A stretch of DNA of 51,029 bases from Bdellovibrionales bacterium (GCA_031370005.1 JANMPT010000002.1:1-51029); one strand, 5' to 3'; shown: positions 27,692 to 37,890, counted from the stretch's first letter. Numbers and translations: made by a program. Notes: generated by a model not told the origin, from the letters alone.

Positions 27692-28837
27692 GTGGAGTAC
27701 AAGCTTATGATATCTTTGATTTTGGCTTTTTTAGCCGGAGTTTTACTGAGTGCTTTTTGCGCTTGGGTCCTTTACCGTATCAAGCAACAAAGTTTTGAGT
27801 TGCAAAATGAGCTCGCAGGCAAAAGCCTAGAACAAATGTCCCAGCAGTTTGAAAACATGGCCAACAAGATTTTTGAAGAAAAAAGCACGAAGTTCACTAG
27901 CCAGAATATGCAAAACCTCAATACCGTCCTCGATCCGCTCAAAGAGCGTCTTAAGGACTTCGAAAAAAAAGTTGAAGACACCTATGGCAACGAGCGTGCT
28001 GAGCGCGGAGCTCTCCGTGGTGAACTTGGCAAATTAATGGAATTAAACCGCCTGATGTCGAGTGAGGCCGCAAACCTGACCAGGGCGCTCAAAGGTGAAG
28101 TTAAAACCCAGGGAAACTGGGGCGAACTCATCCTGGAAAATATACTTGAACGTTCGGGTCTCCGCAAAGGCGAAGAGTACATAGTCCAAGGCACTAATAT
28201 GGATCTACGCGGTGAGGACAATCAAGTTCTTCGCCCAGATGTGATCGTCATGCTTCCCGAAGGCAAGCACCTGGTCGTCGATTCTAAAATGACTCTAACA
28301 GCCTACGAAGCCTATTCCTCCGCGACAACTCCCGAGGAGCAAGAGCGCATGGGGAAGTTGCATGTTGAAGCATTGAGGAAACATATCAACGGCTTGAGTG
28401 AAAAAAAGTACTACGCCATTGATAAGCTCATCAGCCCGGACTTTGTAATTCTATTCATGCCACTGGAACCTGCATTCGCGTTGGCGTTCAAACTGCAACC
28501 AGATCTTTTCCAAAGCTCCTGGGATAAGCACGTTGCTATCGTTAGCCCAACCACACTTTTAACAACTCTTAGAACGGTGTCCTCACTATGGAAACAAGAT
28601 CGCCAACAAAAGAACGCCCTCGAAATCGCAAAACGCGGCGGCGCTCTTTATGATAAATTCGTAGGTCTTGTCAAAGATCTCGAAAATCTCGGCGACAAGC
28701 TTGGCGCCGCCCAAAAGGCCTACGATGAAGTCATGGGCAAAGTGGCGACAGGCAAAGGCAATTTGATCCGCCAGGTTGAGGATCTCAAATCCATGGGGGC
28801 CAAAACGGAGAAGTCATTACCGCTGATTGAAGTATAA
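27692..28837 (+). CDS. rmuC: DNA recombination protein RmuC
   Basis: QGNWGELILE, RPDVIV, VVDSK, SPDFVILF, SPTTLL. Confidence 0.93.
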   Translation: MEYKLMISLILAFLAGVLLSAFCAWVLYRIKQQSFELQNELAGKSLEQMSQQFENMANKIFEEKSTKFTSQNMQNLNTVLDPLKERLKDFEKKVEDTYGNERAERGALRGELGKLMELNRLMSSEAANLTRALKGEVKTQGNWGELILENILERSGLRKGEEYIVQGTNMDLRGEDNQVLRPDVIVMLPEGKHLVVDSKMTLTAYEAYSSATTPEEQERMGKLHVEALRKHINGLSEKKYYAIDKLISPDFVILFMPLEPAFALAFKLQPDLFQSSWDKHVAIVSPTTLLTTLRTVSSLWKQDRQQKNALEIAKRGGALYDKFVGLVKDLENLGDKLGAAQKAYDEVMGKVATGKGNLIRQVEDLKSMGAKTEKSLPLIEV

Positions 28838-28871
28838 GCCTATTTATTGGGTTGTATGAGCACTCTGTACT

Positions 28872-29531
28872 CTAAGGTATTGCCTCGCGATGTTCTGCTG
28901 AGACTTTTAAGAGGTCCATTAAAACTTCGGAAAGCTCTCCCACCAAGTTTGCGATGTCGATCTTCTTAAGATCAGCATCAACGGAAGATAGAGCTGTTGC
29001 CCGCAGGACATACTGGACAATAAATATAGTCGTGTCGTGGTCCGTTCTCGTTTGGGCACAACTGTAGTGCTTATGTATAAAATTGATGATGAGCTCTGCC
29101 ACTGAACGATGGAATTTAATGGCCTCAGGGGCCTTTCCCACTGTTGAAACCGCATCAGTCATTACTTTTCTGTAATTTAAATCCTCAGGCTCCACTTTAT
29201 AATAAAGAGAAAAAATATCCATGATCACCTGCCGGGCTCCAATCTTCGGAGAAATACCGCTCAGGCAATCTTTCACGCGTAAGTACTCCTGCTCTAAAGT
29301 CTGATCGATCAGAGCTGCGATAATGGCTTCTTTAGATGGAAAATACTGATACAAAGAGCCAATACTGACCCCGGACTCCTCAGCCACTTTATTTGTGCTG
29401 AGCTTTTGAACCCCAAACTTTCGAATACTCTCTGCCGCGCCTCGCAATATTGCCCTGTATGTTCGACGCGAGCGTTCTTGTTTTGGGCCATTACGAGGTT
29501 CTACAGCAGATGGCAATTTTCGTTTACTCAT
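28872..29531 (-). CDS. TetR/AcrR-family regulator
   Basis: PKQERSRRT..AIL...STNKVAEESGVSIGSLYQYFPSKEAII. Confidence 0.92.
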   Translation of the reverse strand: MSKRKLPSAVEPRNGPKQERSRRTYRAILRGAAESIRKFGVQKLSTNKVAEESGVSIGSLYQYFPSKEAIIAALIDQTLEQEYLRVKDCLSGISPKIGARQVIMDIFSLYYKVEPEDLNYRKVMTDAVSTVGKAPEAIKFHRSVAELIINFIHKHYSCAQTRTDHDTTIFIVQYVLRATALSSVDADLKKIDIANLVGELSEVLMDLLKVSAEHREAIP

Positions 29532-29724
29532 GAACTAAAACACCTTTTATTTTGAATCGAACAAAATTCTCAGGTAATTCATGATTAAAACACCAGATTA
29601 CAAATGGGTCACTGCTTATTTATATTGGGAATTCTTATCTCGCTGGAAATACAAATCATTAACGAACGACGCAGTGCTGACTGTATTCAGTTAAGTGAGT
29701 CTATTTTTATTTGTTATTGAAAAC

Positions 29725-30273
29725 TTAAAGGGTCTGGTCAGGACTGGACTTACCACCGAGCTTAACAGCGACGTCCATCCCCGCAGATTGGTTCTTGATG
29801 GAAACAGATGGGTTCTGAACCACGCGCTGTTGCAGTTTTGTGAAGATAGGCTCACGAATTGCCAAATTGTTGTCCTGGAGGACACATTGACGTGCTATTT
29901 TTTCGTTCATATTCACAACAATTGGGGCCTTTAAATTGGCAGTCATTTGGGTAGGATCATCCGGAATCGTCACAATGGAAAAATAACGAACCTTATCCTG
30001 AGACTGCAGTCTCAAGGCCTCTAGATCGCTCTTTGTCAAAGTGGCCTTATAGGTTTCAGTGAAAAGCTCCGGCTCTAGAACTGGAAAAGCAATATGGGAG
30101 GACTCACAGCTTTGAAGCCAGGCGAAAATCTCGTCACTTGGATCATCAAGAAGCACAAACTGGCGAAGATCCGCAAAACCCAAAAGTCCCTCTGGAAAGG
30201 TCAAGGTGTCGTTATTTTGCAACTCTACTCGGCCGAATCTGGAAGTATTGATAATCACGCAGCCCTCCTGCAA
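29725..30273 (-). CDS. fliW: Flagellar assembly factor FliW
   Basis: TSRFG, FPEGLLGF, WLQS, TANLKAPIVVN, ARQCVL. Confidence 0.93.
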   Translation of the reverse strand: MQEGCVIINTSRFGRVELQNNDTLTFPEGLLGFADLRQFVLLDDPSDEIFAWLQSCESSHIAFPVLEPELFTETYKATLTKSDLEALRLQSQDKVRYFSIVTIPDDPTQMTANLKAPIVVNMNEKIARQCVLQDNNLAIREPIFTKLQQRVVQNPSVSIKNQSAGMDVAVKLGGKSSPDQTL

Positions 30274-30405
30274 TCATTGATAAGCCGATGCCTTCTTTAT
30301 AGACACATAGCCCAATAAAATGGTTAACCCTATTGTAAATCTGGACCTAAATCGGGGAAGACACAAATGAAATCCGCTCACTTTGACAGAGCGCTTCTAA
30401 GGACT

Positions 30406-30633
30406 TCAGGATTTTAACAGTTTAGCAACGGAACGAGTTTTGTCAGAAGTGACTGTAGCAGATTGTTGATTCTGCTCCTGGATCGCCAAATAAACTTCTT
30501 CACGATGAATTTTAGTGTCCTTTGGCGCTTCAATACCCAAACGGACCTGTTTTCCCTTGATTTGAACAACACGAATTTTGATGTGATCATCAATCGCGAT
30601 GCTTTCACCCAACTTCCTTGTGAGAACCAACAT
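30406..30633 (-). CDS. csrA: Carbon storage regulator CsrA
   Basis: MLVLTRKLGESI...VRLGIEAP...IHREE. Confidence 0.97.
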   Translation of the reverse strand: MLVLTRKLGESIAIDDHIKIRVVQIKGKQVRLGIEAPKDTKIHREEVYLAIQEQNQQSATVTSDKTRSVAKLLKS

Positions 30634-30699
30634 AGGATTACTCCTTTATTCCTAGCAGGGACTTCTTGCCCATACTCGCGCAGATGCTTATACAATCAG

Positions 30700-30726
30700 T
30701 TATCGGCACGTTTAAGCGGAACTGTA
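30700..30726 (-). promoter_or_regulatory. sigma28 (FliA) promoter for csrA-fliW
   Basis: Minus strand reads TACAGTTC-N11-GCCGATAA versus consensus TAAAGTTT-N11-GCCGATAA. Confidence 0.75.
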
Positions 30727-30736
30727 GGTATAATTT

Positions 30737-31825
30737 CTATTTTAGAAAGTCAAGAAGGCTTGGTTGAATAACCTTGCCAGAAGTCTCAAGAGTTGCACGC
30801 AGAGCGCTATCAGTCTTGTTCATATTAGAAACAACATCAAAGAGCTCCACATCTTCCAACTGGGAGGCCGTTACTTTATTGTCAACAATAGCCTTTTGGA
30901 GGGATTCCGTTGTGCTATTCACAGCCATAACTCTGGCCCCGACTTCTGCGCGAGCCAGGACCACCTGAGAAATCACCTGATCCAAAGTATCCAGGGTCTC
31001 TTGAATCCCATGCTTGTCATTAGTCCTTAGTGAGATCTCCAAGCCCTTGAGAGTCTGGAAAAGATTTACTCCAGCACTGTTAGTCACCGGGTCCCTGGCA
31101 ATGCCCCCGATTCTCTGAGCGCGATAACTGCTAGCAGGAGCCCGGGTCTCCACATAGTTGGATTCAATTTCCTGGTTCTCTTCTTTACGCTGAATTTCTT
31201 CCTGTTTATAGTCCTGCAGCGACTCAACATTCGTTGGGGTCTCGTAGCGGGAACGAACAACCCCATCGCCACTTAGACCTTTTCCAAGGAAAACCTTATT
31301 CCCAGGAATGTTCATCGAAACGAAGCTGTCTTTGTGTATACCAATCTTCATGTCACTATCGTTGCCAGCATAGCGTCCGTCATGATCAAAAGGTGCCGAT
31401 TGTGTCTTAGAACCACCAAAAATAAATCGATCCCCCAGCTTACGGTTTCCAATCTGAATGGATTGATTGTAAATCTGCTCAATTTCTGAAGCTGATACTT
31501 GGCGAGACTGCTCATTCCCGCTGGCATCATTTGCTTGACTGATGGCGAGCTCTTTAGCGCGCATGAGAGCTTCACTGAGCTCCCCTAGGGACTGATCTGT
31601 GAACTCCAAGAATGACTTCGCATTATTGATATTTTTAACATACTGTTGGTTGCCGCGCTCCTCTGTGCGAGCCGAAAGAACGCGCGCGGAAGCTAAAGGA
31701 TCATCAGAGGGCTTGTTAATACGCTTTTGAGTGGCCGCTTGATTCTGTAAATCAGACATGTCTGCACGATTCTTCGTCAGATTCTGATTTACTTGGTTGT
31801 ACTGCATCTTATCAGCAATCCTCAT
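30737..31825 (-). CDS. flgL: Hook-associated protein FlgL
   Basis: MRIAD...KRINKPSDDP, FIFGG, SLLDFLK; follows flgK. Confidence 0.93.
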   Translation of the reverse strand: MRIADKMQYNQVNQNLTKNRADMSDLQNQAATQKRINKPSDDPLASARVLSARTEERGNQQYVKNINNAKSFLEFTDQSLGELSEALMRAKELAISQANDASGNEQSRQVSASEIEQIYNQSIQIGNRKLGDRFIFGGSKTQSAPFDHDGRYAGNDSDMKIGIHKDSFVSMNIPGNKVFLGKGLSGDGVVRSRYETPTNVESLQDYKQEEIQRKEENQEIESNYVETRAPASSYRAQRIGGIARDPVTNSAGVNLFQTLKGLEISLRTNDKHGIQETLDTLDQVISQVVLARAEVGARVMAVNSTTESLQKAIVDNKVTASQLEDVELFDVVSNMNKTDSALRATLETSGKVIQPSLLDFLK

Positions 31826-31843
31826 TGCGACTTACCCTCTAAG

Positions 31844-33256
31844 TTACATTCTCTTCAAATTGAGTACGGTATCAAACATTTCATCTGCCACACGAATTAG
31901 GCGCGCAGAAGCTGAATATGCCTTTTGAAACTCAATCATTTTCGTCGTTTCTTCATCTAAACTAACGCCACTAATGCTCTCTCGAATATTCTGTAATTGA
32001 TCTACCACACTCTTTTGAGACTCCTGTCCCTTCACTGCTCTCTGTGTGACGGTTCCGATTTGACCAACTTGGGTATTGTAAAAATCATCGAAAGTTGCTG
32101 AGCCACCATCCATGATCTGACGATTTTGCAAAGAAGAGATCACATTGGCTACGGTGTTATCACCTGGAGCACCGGCCTCGGCACCCGCTGCAATACGGCC
32201 AACATCATTGGTAATCGTGCGATTCAAAGACAGGGTTGAAGCTGCACCCTTTACGTCCTCTGGCATTTCAAAAAACAAAACGCCCGGCTTGCCACTGCGA
32301 TCGAAACCCTCAATATGGGCTTTATTCACTTCCTCTGCAAGGCTGTATGCCATTTTATCAATGGAACCCAAAAAGCCCTCGACCACCTCGTCGCGAACTT
32401 CCAAGGCTCCGCCGATACGACCACCCTTAATTTGACTGGTAATATTCACCGGAGTTCCTGTTGGCGATGATTGAAAGAAAACCTCAACGCGATTACGATC
32501 ACCTGTTCGTGCCGCTTTCAACGTGTTTGAGGTTGTCCCGGAGACTAAAATCGCCGTGCGACCAGCCATAACGCTGATATGACCATCTTTTCCCTCGGCC
32601 CAAGAAATATCAATTTTCTCGCCCATTTTTTTGAGTAACAGATCTCGACGATCACGCTCGTCATTCGCAGGTATACCTTGAACCTCAACGATTTGAATTT
32701 TCTCATTGAGACTGGCTACTTCTTTTGCCATTTGGTTAACTTCTTCAGTGACGGTTGTCAGCTGACCATCTAAATCGTTTTGAACATCACGAAGTTGCGT
32801 GGTCACACGACCAAACTCTTTGGTCAAAGATTCTCCAGCTTCGCGAACCATAGTTCGCGAGGCCAGCGACTCTGGATTATTTGAAAGCTCTCGAAATGAG
32901 TTGAAAAAACCTGTCATGTATTGATTGAGGCCTTTGTTCGTTTGCTCATTATAAACTTGCTCCACACGGCCTAAGGCGTCTGCCTTTGAGTCTGCATAAC
33001 CTAAGTTGCCACCTTCACGTTGAATTTGCTTTTCAAGCCATGGATTATTTACACGAGTAATAACGCCGGCACGGGCGCCCATACCGATACGAAGATTCCC
33101 TTCCCCTTGAGGCTCATTTGTCAGAACTTCCACCCGTTGGCGAGAGTATCCTTCCGTGGATTTATTAGCGATGTTATGACCGACGGTTTGAAGCGCCGTC
33201 TGATTGTTCATCAGCGAACGCTTTCCTAGATCTAACATGGCAGAAATTTTAGACAT
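31844..33256 (-). CDS. flgK: Hook-associated protein FlgK
   Basis: GHNIAN..TEGYSRQRV; SGVSLDEE...FQKAYSASAR. Confidence 0.96.
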   Translation of the reverse strand: MSKISAMLDLGKRSLMNNQTALQTVGHNIANKSTEGYSRQRVEVLTNEPQGEGNLRIGMGARAGVITRVNNPWLEKQIQREGGNLGYADSKADALGRVEQVYNEQTNKGLNQYMTGFFNSFRELSNNPESLASRTMVREAGESLTKEFGRVTTQLRDVQNDLDGQLTTVTEEVNQMAKEVASLNEKIQIVEVQGIPANDERDRRDLLLKKMGEKIDISWAEGKDGHISVMAGRTAILVSGTTSNTLKAARTGDRNRVEVFFQSSPTGTPVNITSQIKGGRIGGALEVRDEVVEGFLGSIDKMAYSLAEEVNKAHIEGFDRSGKPGVLFFEMPEDVKGAASTLSLNRTITNDVGRIAAGAEAGAPGDNTVANVISSLQNRQIMDGGSATFDDFYNTQVGQIGTVTQRAVKGQESQKSVVDQLQNIRESISGVSLDEETTKMIEFQKAYSASARLIRVADEMFDTVLNLKRM

Positions 33257-33283
33257 CCTGTCCCTCTTTACTGTCCTGCTTTG

Positions 33284-33814
33284 CTATCCTTCTTTGCTGA
33301 CGAAGTGACCTGCGTGTTCAGGTCCGCGCTGCACTTGTCCATTTGCCCCGTAAGTCTTTTTGCCACTTAAAGTATCTTTGATATTTCCTAAGGCACCGTT
33401 AAGATTTTTAAGGGCGGACTGCGCCATGTTTTCATTCTCTCTGTTCAACTCAGAAAGTCTCCTAATCAAAAGATCAAGAGCTGAGTGAATAACTCGCAAC
33501 CGATCACCATCGGCTCCACCAAGATTTTTTGCGATATCTAGCAAACGAGGATTCTCATGATCTGCATGAACAAGGCTCGCAAGCTCAGCTGCATAACGCG
33601 TTCGTAAGCCATCAATGGATTTGATTTTGTACAAAAGAGCTTCTTTGGTTTCGTTATTTTCTTGAAGCTTACTCATGTCAGCATCAACAAGAAGCTGCTT
33701 TTCTTTGCGTACGAGATCCAAAAGTTGACGATACAGCTTGGTCATCTCTTCAAGATTAGTGACCAGCTTTTGATAACTTCTGTCTTTAGTTGATTCAATA
33801 ATTGTTGACTCCAT
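33284..33814 (-). CDS. flgN: Flagellar chaperone FlgN
   Basis: Helical protein between flgM and flgK; ELNRENE...TYGANG. Confidence 0.8.
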   Translation of the reverse strand: MESTIIESTKDRSYQKLVTNLEEMTKLYRQLLDLVRKEKQLLVDADMSKLQENNETKEALLYKIKSIDGLRTRYAAELASLVHADHENPRLLDIAKNLGGADGDRLRVIHSALDLLIRRLSELNRENENMAQSALKNLNGALGNIKDTLSGKKTYGANGQVQRGPEHAGHFVSKEG

Positions 33815-33830
33815 AAACCCCTATCACTTC

Positions 33831-34166
33831 TCAGTTTTTAAGATCTTCCATTGCCAGATGCTCATCTACAAGCCTATCTGCAACCGCTTTGGCGTCAATT
33901 TTGTATTTTCCTTCGTCGATCAATTGGCGAAACTTCGCAACTTTCGCCATGTCTACATCGGGAGCTGCCATTGCAAGTTCTTTGATTCGCTTTGCCTCTT
34001 GCGCTTTTGGCGACACTTCCACCTTGGAGGCACCCATCTCATCAAGAGCAACTGCTTGCTCTGAGGCCATCGCAGGAGAAGTCGTCGCTCCAGATTTCAT
34101 ACGATCTGTCTTCAGACCATCTACCATATTTAGATTTTGACCTACTTTGTTATGTGTAATTTTCAT
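33831..34166 (-). CDS. flgM: Anti-sigma28 factor FlgM
   Basis: KVEVS...PDVDMAKVAKFRQLIDEGKYKIDAKAVADRL. Confidence 0.92.
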   Translation of the reverse strand: MKITHNKVGQNLNMVDGLKTDRMKSGATTSPAMASEQAVALDEMGASKVEVSPKAQEAKRIKELAMAAPDVDMAKVAKFRQLIDEGKYKIDAKAVADRLVDEHLAMEDLKN

Positions 34167-34227
34167 TGGAATCCTCCTGCTATGGATACTCTCTTAACAA
34201 TATCATAATGAGACATTATCTACCTAA

Positions 34228-34923
34228 TCATTCTGAGACAGTTTTTAAGTCTTGTGGTCTAGTTTGGGTGTGCCAGAAAAATGATCTTGCTTCGGGGCTT
34301 AAAAGCCCAAGAGTCTCGCCGGCTTGAACTTTATGCCCCATCTTAATGGGGCCGGCCATACCCTTAAATACGAACTGGCTTTTTAGACCATTGTCATGGT
34401 TCATCTCCAAAAGAGTCTCCCCCGTTGGCAGGGTTTTCTTATCTAGTAAAACACCCTCCCAAGGACTGGATACTTCCGTGGGAGTATTCGTAGCTCCAGG
34501 CTCCAAGACTTTTCTATCAAAACGGAAAGAAAGATTTTCAGCTTTTTTGTTTTGATGAAAGCTCTTCATTGTAAACATGTCTTTTTCGGTTAGGGGTAAT
34601 GGGCCATGTGGCTTGCCTACAGGATTTTTAATTCCCATTTGCACCCCGTACTTTTCAATCATCTGCTTGTATATTAAATCCGCAAGCCCGATTCCGCCTT
34701 GAGCTCCCCATTTATCAACATATTCTTGATCAAGTTGCTCACGAAATATTTTTTCAGCCTGATTACTTTGAACAAAACCACCTTCATGAACAGTCGAGCG
34801 CATCGCCTTCATCATTTCACCGAGAAAATGTTTCTCGTACAACTCAGAAACTTCGTGAAGTTTCTGGTCAGGTGTCTTGGTCTGTTGTGGTACTCCGATA
34901 GGTCCGCCAGCTGGGATTTTCAT
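34228..34923 (-). CDS. flgJ: FlgJ-like rod-binding protein with non-canonical C-terminal domain
   Basis: KLHEVSELYEKHF...MMKAMRST...FREQLDQEY...GIGLADLIYKQ rod-binding motif. Confidence 0.8.
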   Translation of the reverse strand: MKIPAGGPIGVPQQTKTPDQKLHEVSELYEKHFLGEMMKAMRSTVHEGGFVQSNQAEKIFREQLDQEYVDKWGAQGGIGLADLIYKQMIEKYGVQMGIKNPVGKPHGPLPLTEKDMFTMKSFHQNKKAENLSFRFDRKVLEPGATNTPTEVSSPWEGVLLDKKTLPTGETLLEMNHDNGLKSQFVFKGMAGPIKMGHKVQAGETLGLLSPEARSFFWHTQTRPQDLKTVSE

Positions 34924-35225
34924 TGTGCGTGCCCAGCATCACGTGAAGAGAAAAAAAAGGGGAGTTGAGTCTGAGAATCCGTGCATCCTGCACTTCTCTC
35001 TGAGCTGCTCATCTTGCGATGAACATTTAGCTTCGGCTCGTGTTCGTCAATCCTTGACGTTCGCTGACCTATTGCATTTGTTTCCTGCGAGAAACTTACG
35101 ACTCTTGACCTTCCATGGTTCGCGATCTCTTCCTCACCCTCCCCGCGTTCCAAACACATCCATATGTTTGAAACTAATAATTCTATTTTAGTAAATACTG
35201 TTTCATTTCGAAACATATTTTTCAT
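34917..35225. mobile_element. Candidate MITE/palindromic insertion (302 bp plus 7-bp duplication) between flgI and flgJ, readable as a 101-aa ORF
   Basis: Direct repeat ttttcat at 34917-34923 and 35219-35225; several mini-hairpins; ORF 34920-35225 overlaps both neighbours by ATGA. Confidence 0.45.
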
Positions 35226-36214
35226 AAAACTTCGAGTTCCCCGTGCAAAGCTCCAGCTGCCTTGATGGACTGAAGTATTGTTATCAGGTCTTTAGGAGAG
35301 ACTCCTAGCTTATTAAGTGCCTGGACTAGATCGCCGACACTGACGCCGCCATCTAGTACTGCAACTTTCTCATCTGACCCTTTTTTCCCATCGCCAACTT
35401 TCACCGCAAGGCTGCCATGAGAAATTGCGACTCTAGAAATCTTTACTTTTTCCCCAATTACAATTGTCCCTGTCTTTTCATTGATTACAACTTTTGCAAC
35501 ACTATCCGGGTTTATTTCAATTGATTCAATCGTTGCCAGCAGCTCCACACCGCGATTTTCATATGCTGCCGGCGTAATGATATCAATAGTTCCAGCATCT
35601 TTTGCAGAGGCAAAAACCCCACCAAGTTCTTTATTGATCGTTAAAATACTTCGCGCGGCAGTTGTAAAATCAGGATTGTGTAAAGTCATGCGAAACATTT
35701 TACGTGAAGCAAAGTCCCCAGTGACATCGCGCTCGATGATCGCGCCGTTTGGAATTCTTCCCGCCGTGGTGTGAACATCTTTTCCGTCACCGCCAAGGAT
35801 GACACTGCCTTGAGCTACTGCAAATACTTGATCATTTGCGGCCCTCAATGGCGTTTGCAAAAGTGTCCCTCCTTGCAAACTTTGGGATTCACCAATGGCA
35901 CTCACTGTTATATCCACTGGATTCCCGGCCTTACCGAATGGCGGCAAGGTCGCCGTAACTATCACGGCAGCTACATTTTTACTTTGCATGTCAGGAGCGT
36001 CTAGCTTCATGCCAAGCTTATCAAGCATCCGCACCATGCTTTTTGAAGTAAATTCGGATTTGCCATCGCCCGTCCCCTTAAGGCCTACCACGATTCCGTA
36101 ACCAATTAGTTGATTTTCTCGTACACCACGAATACTAGCTATATCCTTAAGTCGCGCTGCAGATGCCGAAAATCCAATAAGGGTAACAATCAAAGCAACA
36201 AGAGTCTTATTCAT
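35222..36214 (-). CDS. flgI: P-ring protein FlgI
   Basis: RLKDIASIRGVRENQLIGYGIVVGLKGTGD; KNVAAV; LQSIKAAGALH. Confidence 0.97.
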   Translation of the reverse strand: MNKTLVALIVTLIGFSASAARLKDIASIRGVRENQLIGYGIVVGLKGTGDGKSEFTSKSMVRMLDKLGMKLDAPDMQSKNVAAVIVTATLPPFGKAGNPVDITVSAIGESQSLQGGTLLQTPLRAANDQVFAVAQGSVILGGDGKDVHTTAGRIPNGAIIERDVTGDFASRKMFRMTLHNPDFTTAARSILTINKELGGVFASAKDAGTIDIITPAAYENRGVELLATIESIEINPDSVAKVVINEKTGTIVIGEKVKISRVAISHGSLAVKVGDGKKGSDEKVAVLDGGVSVGDLVQALNKLGVSPKDLITILQSIKAAGALHGELEVL

Positions 36215-36953
36215 TGTTTGGCTTCCTTCTAATGCTGACAACATCAAACTGAGGATCTATTAACTTCATCGAACTCATGCCCTCATCATTAAAGTCCTCA
36301 GGGCGAACTAGGCCCGCAGCAATAACTTTGTATTCACGTTTACCAATCATGAATGGCTGCGCCCCGCGCACGCGGTAATTCCCATCGGCCTGTTTTTCAA
36401 CAATTTTTGTAGAGATCTGTTGGATATTTGCCAACTCCTCTTTGCTATCATCCTTTTTCTCTTCAGGTTTCGCAGCCGCCGGGGCCCGACTCGGATCAGC
36501 CTCATTTGCCGCCAAACCACCAGCTAGGTTTGCTTGCTCCTGCTCTTCAAGTTGTTTCAGTAATTTTTTAATTACGTTTACTTTTGTTTCGACCTGCTTC
36601 AGCGATGGCCCATCCAACTTCACATTCAAAACATCGCCTTCACGACGAGACTTGTTTTGTGCGAAAAGATAGGCGCCTTGGCCTTCCATCACCCACATGG
36701 AGCCTGCCTGAGCTCCGAGATCTGATTCTTCCTCCATGCGCGAGCGAGTCATTCGCTTGTATTGTCTGTTCGACGGCACACTCATTTGTGGATTCTCAGA
36801 ATAACGAACAGAGCCACCATCAGTGTCTTGAGTTACAATGGTCTCTGGGCCTTTGCCAGTCAAACGTGTCCAAAAGTCATTCACTGTGGCACAACCTGAA
36901 AGAAACACCATCGAAATAATCATCGTTGAAAAAAAAAGTGCTACTCTGTTCAT
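36207..36953 (-). CDS. flgH: L-ring lipoprotein FlgH
   Basis: Lipobox LSGC; GDVLNV; GNYRVRG...GLVRPED; position between flgA and flgI. Confidence 0.85.
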   Translation of the reverse strand: MNRVALFFSTMIISMVFLSGCATVNDFWTRLTGKGPETIVTQDTDGGSVRYSENPQMSVPSNRQYKRMTRSRMEEESDLGAQAGSMWVMEGQGAYLFAQNKSRREGDVLNVKLDGPSLKQVETKVNVIKKLLKQLEEQEQANLAGGLAANEADPSRAPAAAKPEEKKDDSKEELANIQQISTKIVEKQADGNYRVRGAQPFMIGKREYKVIAAGLVRPEDFNDEGMSSMKLIDPQFDVVSIRRKPNNE

Positions 36954-37885
36954 TGAACTTTCACCAAACCTTTTTCGATTACAATTGCAGACATCATTTT
37001 TTGTGTCTCAGGATTCTTAATCTTAATCAAATCGCCAATAAAGCCGTTCTCTTCCACGGAAGCATTAATTGATATCTCAAAATCTTGGTCGCCAACCAAT
37101 GCTCTAACCATTTGCCCTCGTCGTGCTGCCGGCTCTCTTTTAAGATCTGACAATAAAATAGGAGCTCGGGGGGTGAGTGTCCGATTTGCAATCAAGCCCA
37201 CCATCTGGGGTATCTGTGGCGTTTCCTCTTTTACATAAGTAACATCGGTTTCAAGGATTTCAAGATCTTCGCTCTGAAGTCTTTCGCCGAAACGAATAAG
37301 TTTCTTGGCCACGGGGACAGCCTTCTGCACGCGCAGAGTTCCTGTAATCCATTTATCAGTGGGTAGATCTGCCTCTCGGACCGCAATCATGAAAGAACCA
37401 TACTTAATATCTTGGTCCCAGTCGACATTCCAACTTAGATTAAATATTTTCGGCAACGAATTAAGATGTATTTGAAAACTACACGTCTCACAGCGAGAGG
37501 CAAGAACATTCTTAATTGATTTTTCAATTTCAATTTTCGAAAGCCCATCTTGGCGAATATGAATGCGAATCTCCACGGGGATTTTGAAAGAAGGATTTAC
37601 CTTTTTTAAAATATCACTATTTTTAACTAACTCTCTTAATTTTTTAGAAACTTCTTCGCCGAATAGAACCAAGTTTTCTTGCTTTTCGACCTTATCAACC
37701 AGAATCATCTTGGCAATTTCGCTAAATGCTACGCCCGTGAGCTCTTTCATTTCAGCCACTTGAAAAACGGAAATCACTGACGTATTAGAAACCTCGGCTT
37801 CAGCGGGAAAAATCACTTCGGGACGGGCCCATGCTAGACTCGCCATCATTGTGATTCCCCATAAAATAATTCTGAAGAATCTCAT
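36950..37885 (-). CDS. flgA: P-ring chaperone FlgA
   Basis: Signal peptide; SAF-like C-terminus (RRGQMV...ENGFIGDLIKIKN). Confidence 0.85.
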   Translation of the reverse strand: MRFFRIILWGITMMASLAWARPEVIFPAEAEVSNTSVISVFQVAEMKELTGVAFSEIAKMILVDKVEKQENLVLFGEEVSKKLRELVKNSDILKKVNPSFKIPVEIRIHIRQDGLSKIEIEKSIKNVLASRCETCSFQIHLNSLPKIFNLSWNVDWDQDIKYGSFMIAVREADLPTDKWITGTLRVQKAVPVAKKLIRFGERLQSEDLEILETDVTYVKEETPQIPQMVGLIANRTLTPRAPILLSDLKREPAARRGQMVRALVGDQDFEISINASVEENGFIGDLIKIKNPETQKMMSAIVIEKGLVKVQ

Positions 37886-37890
37886 TTTTC

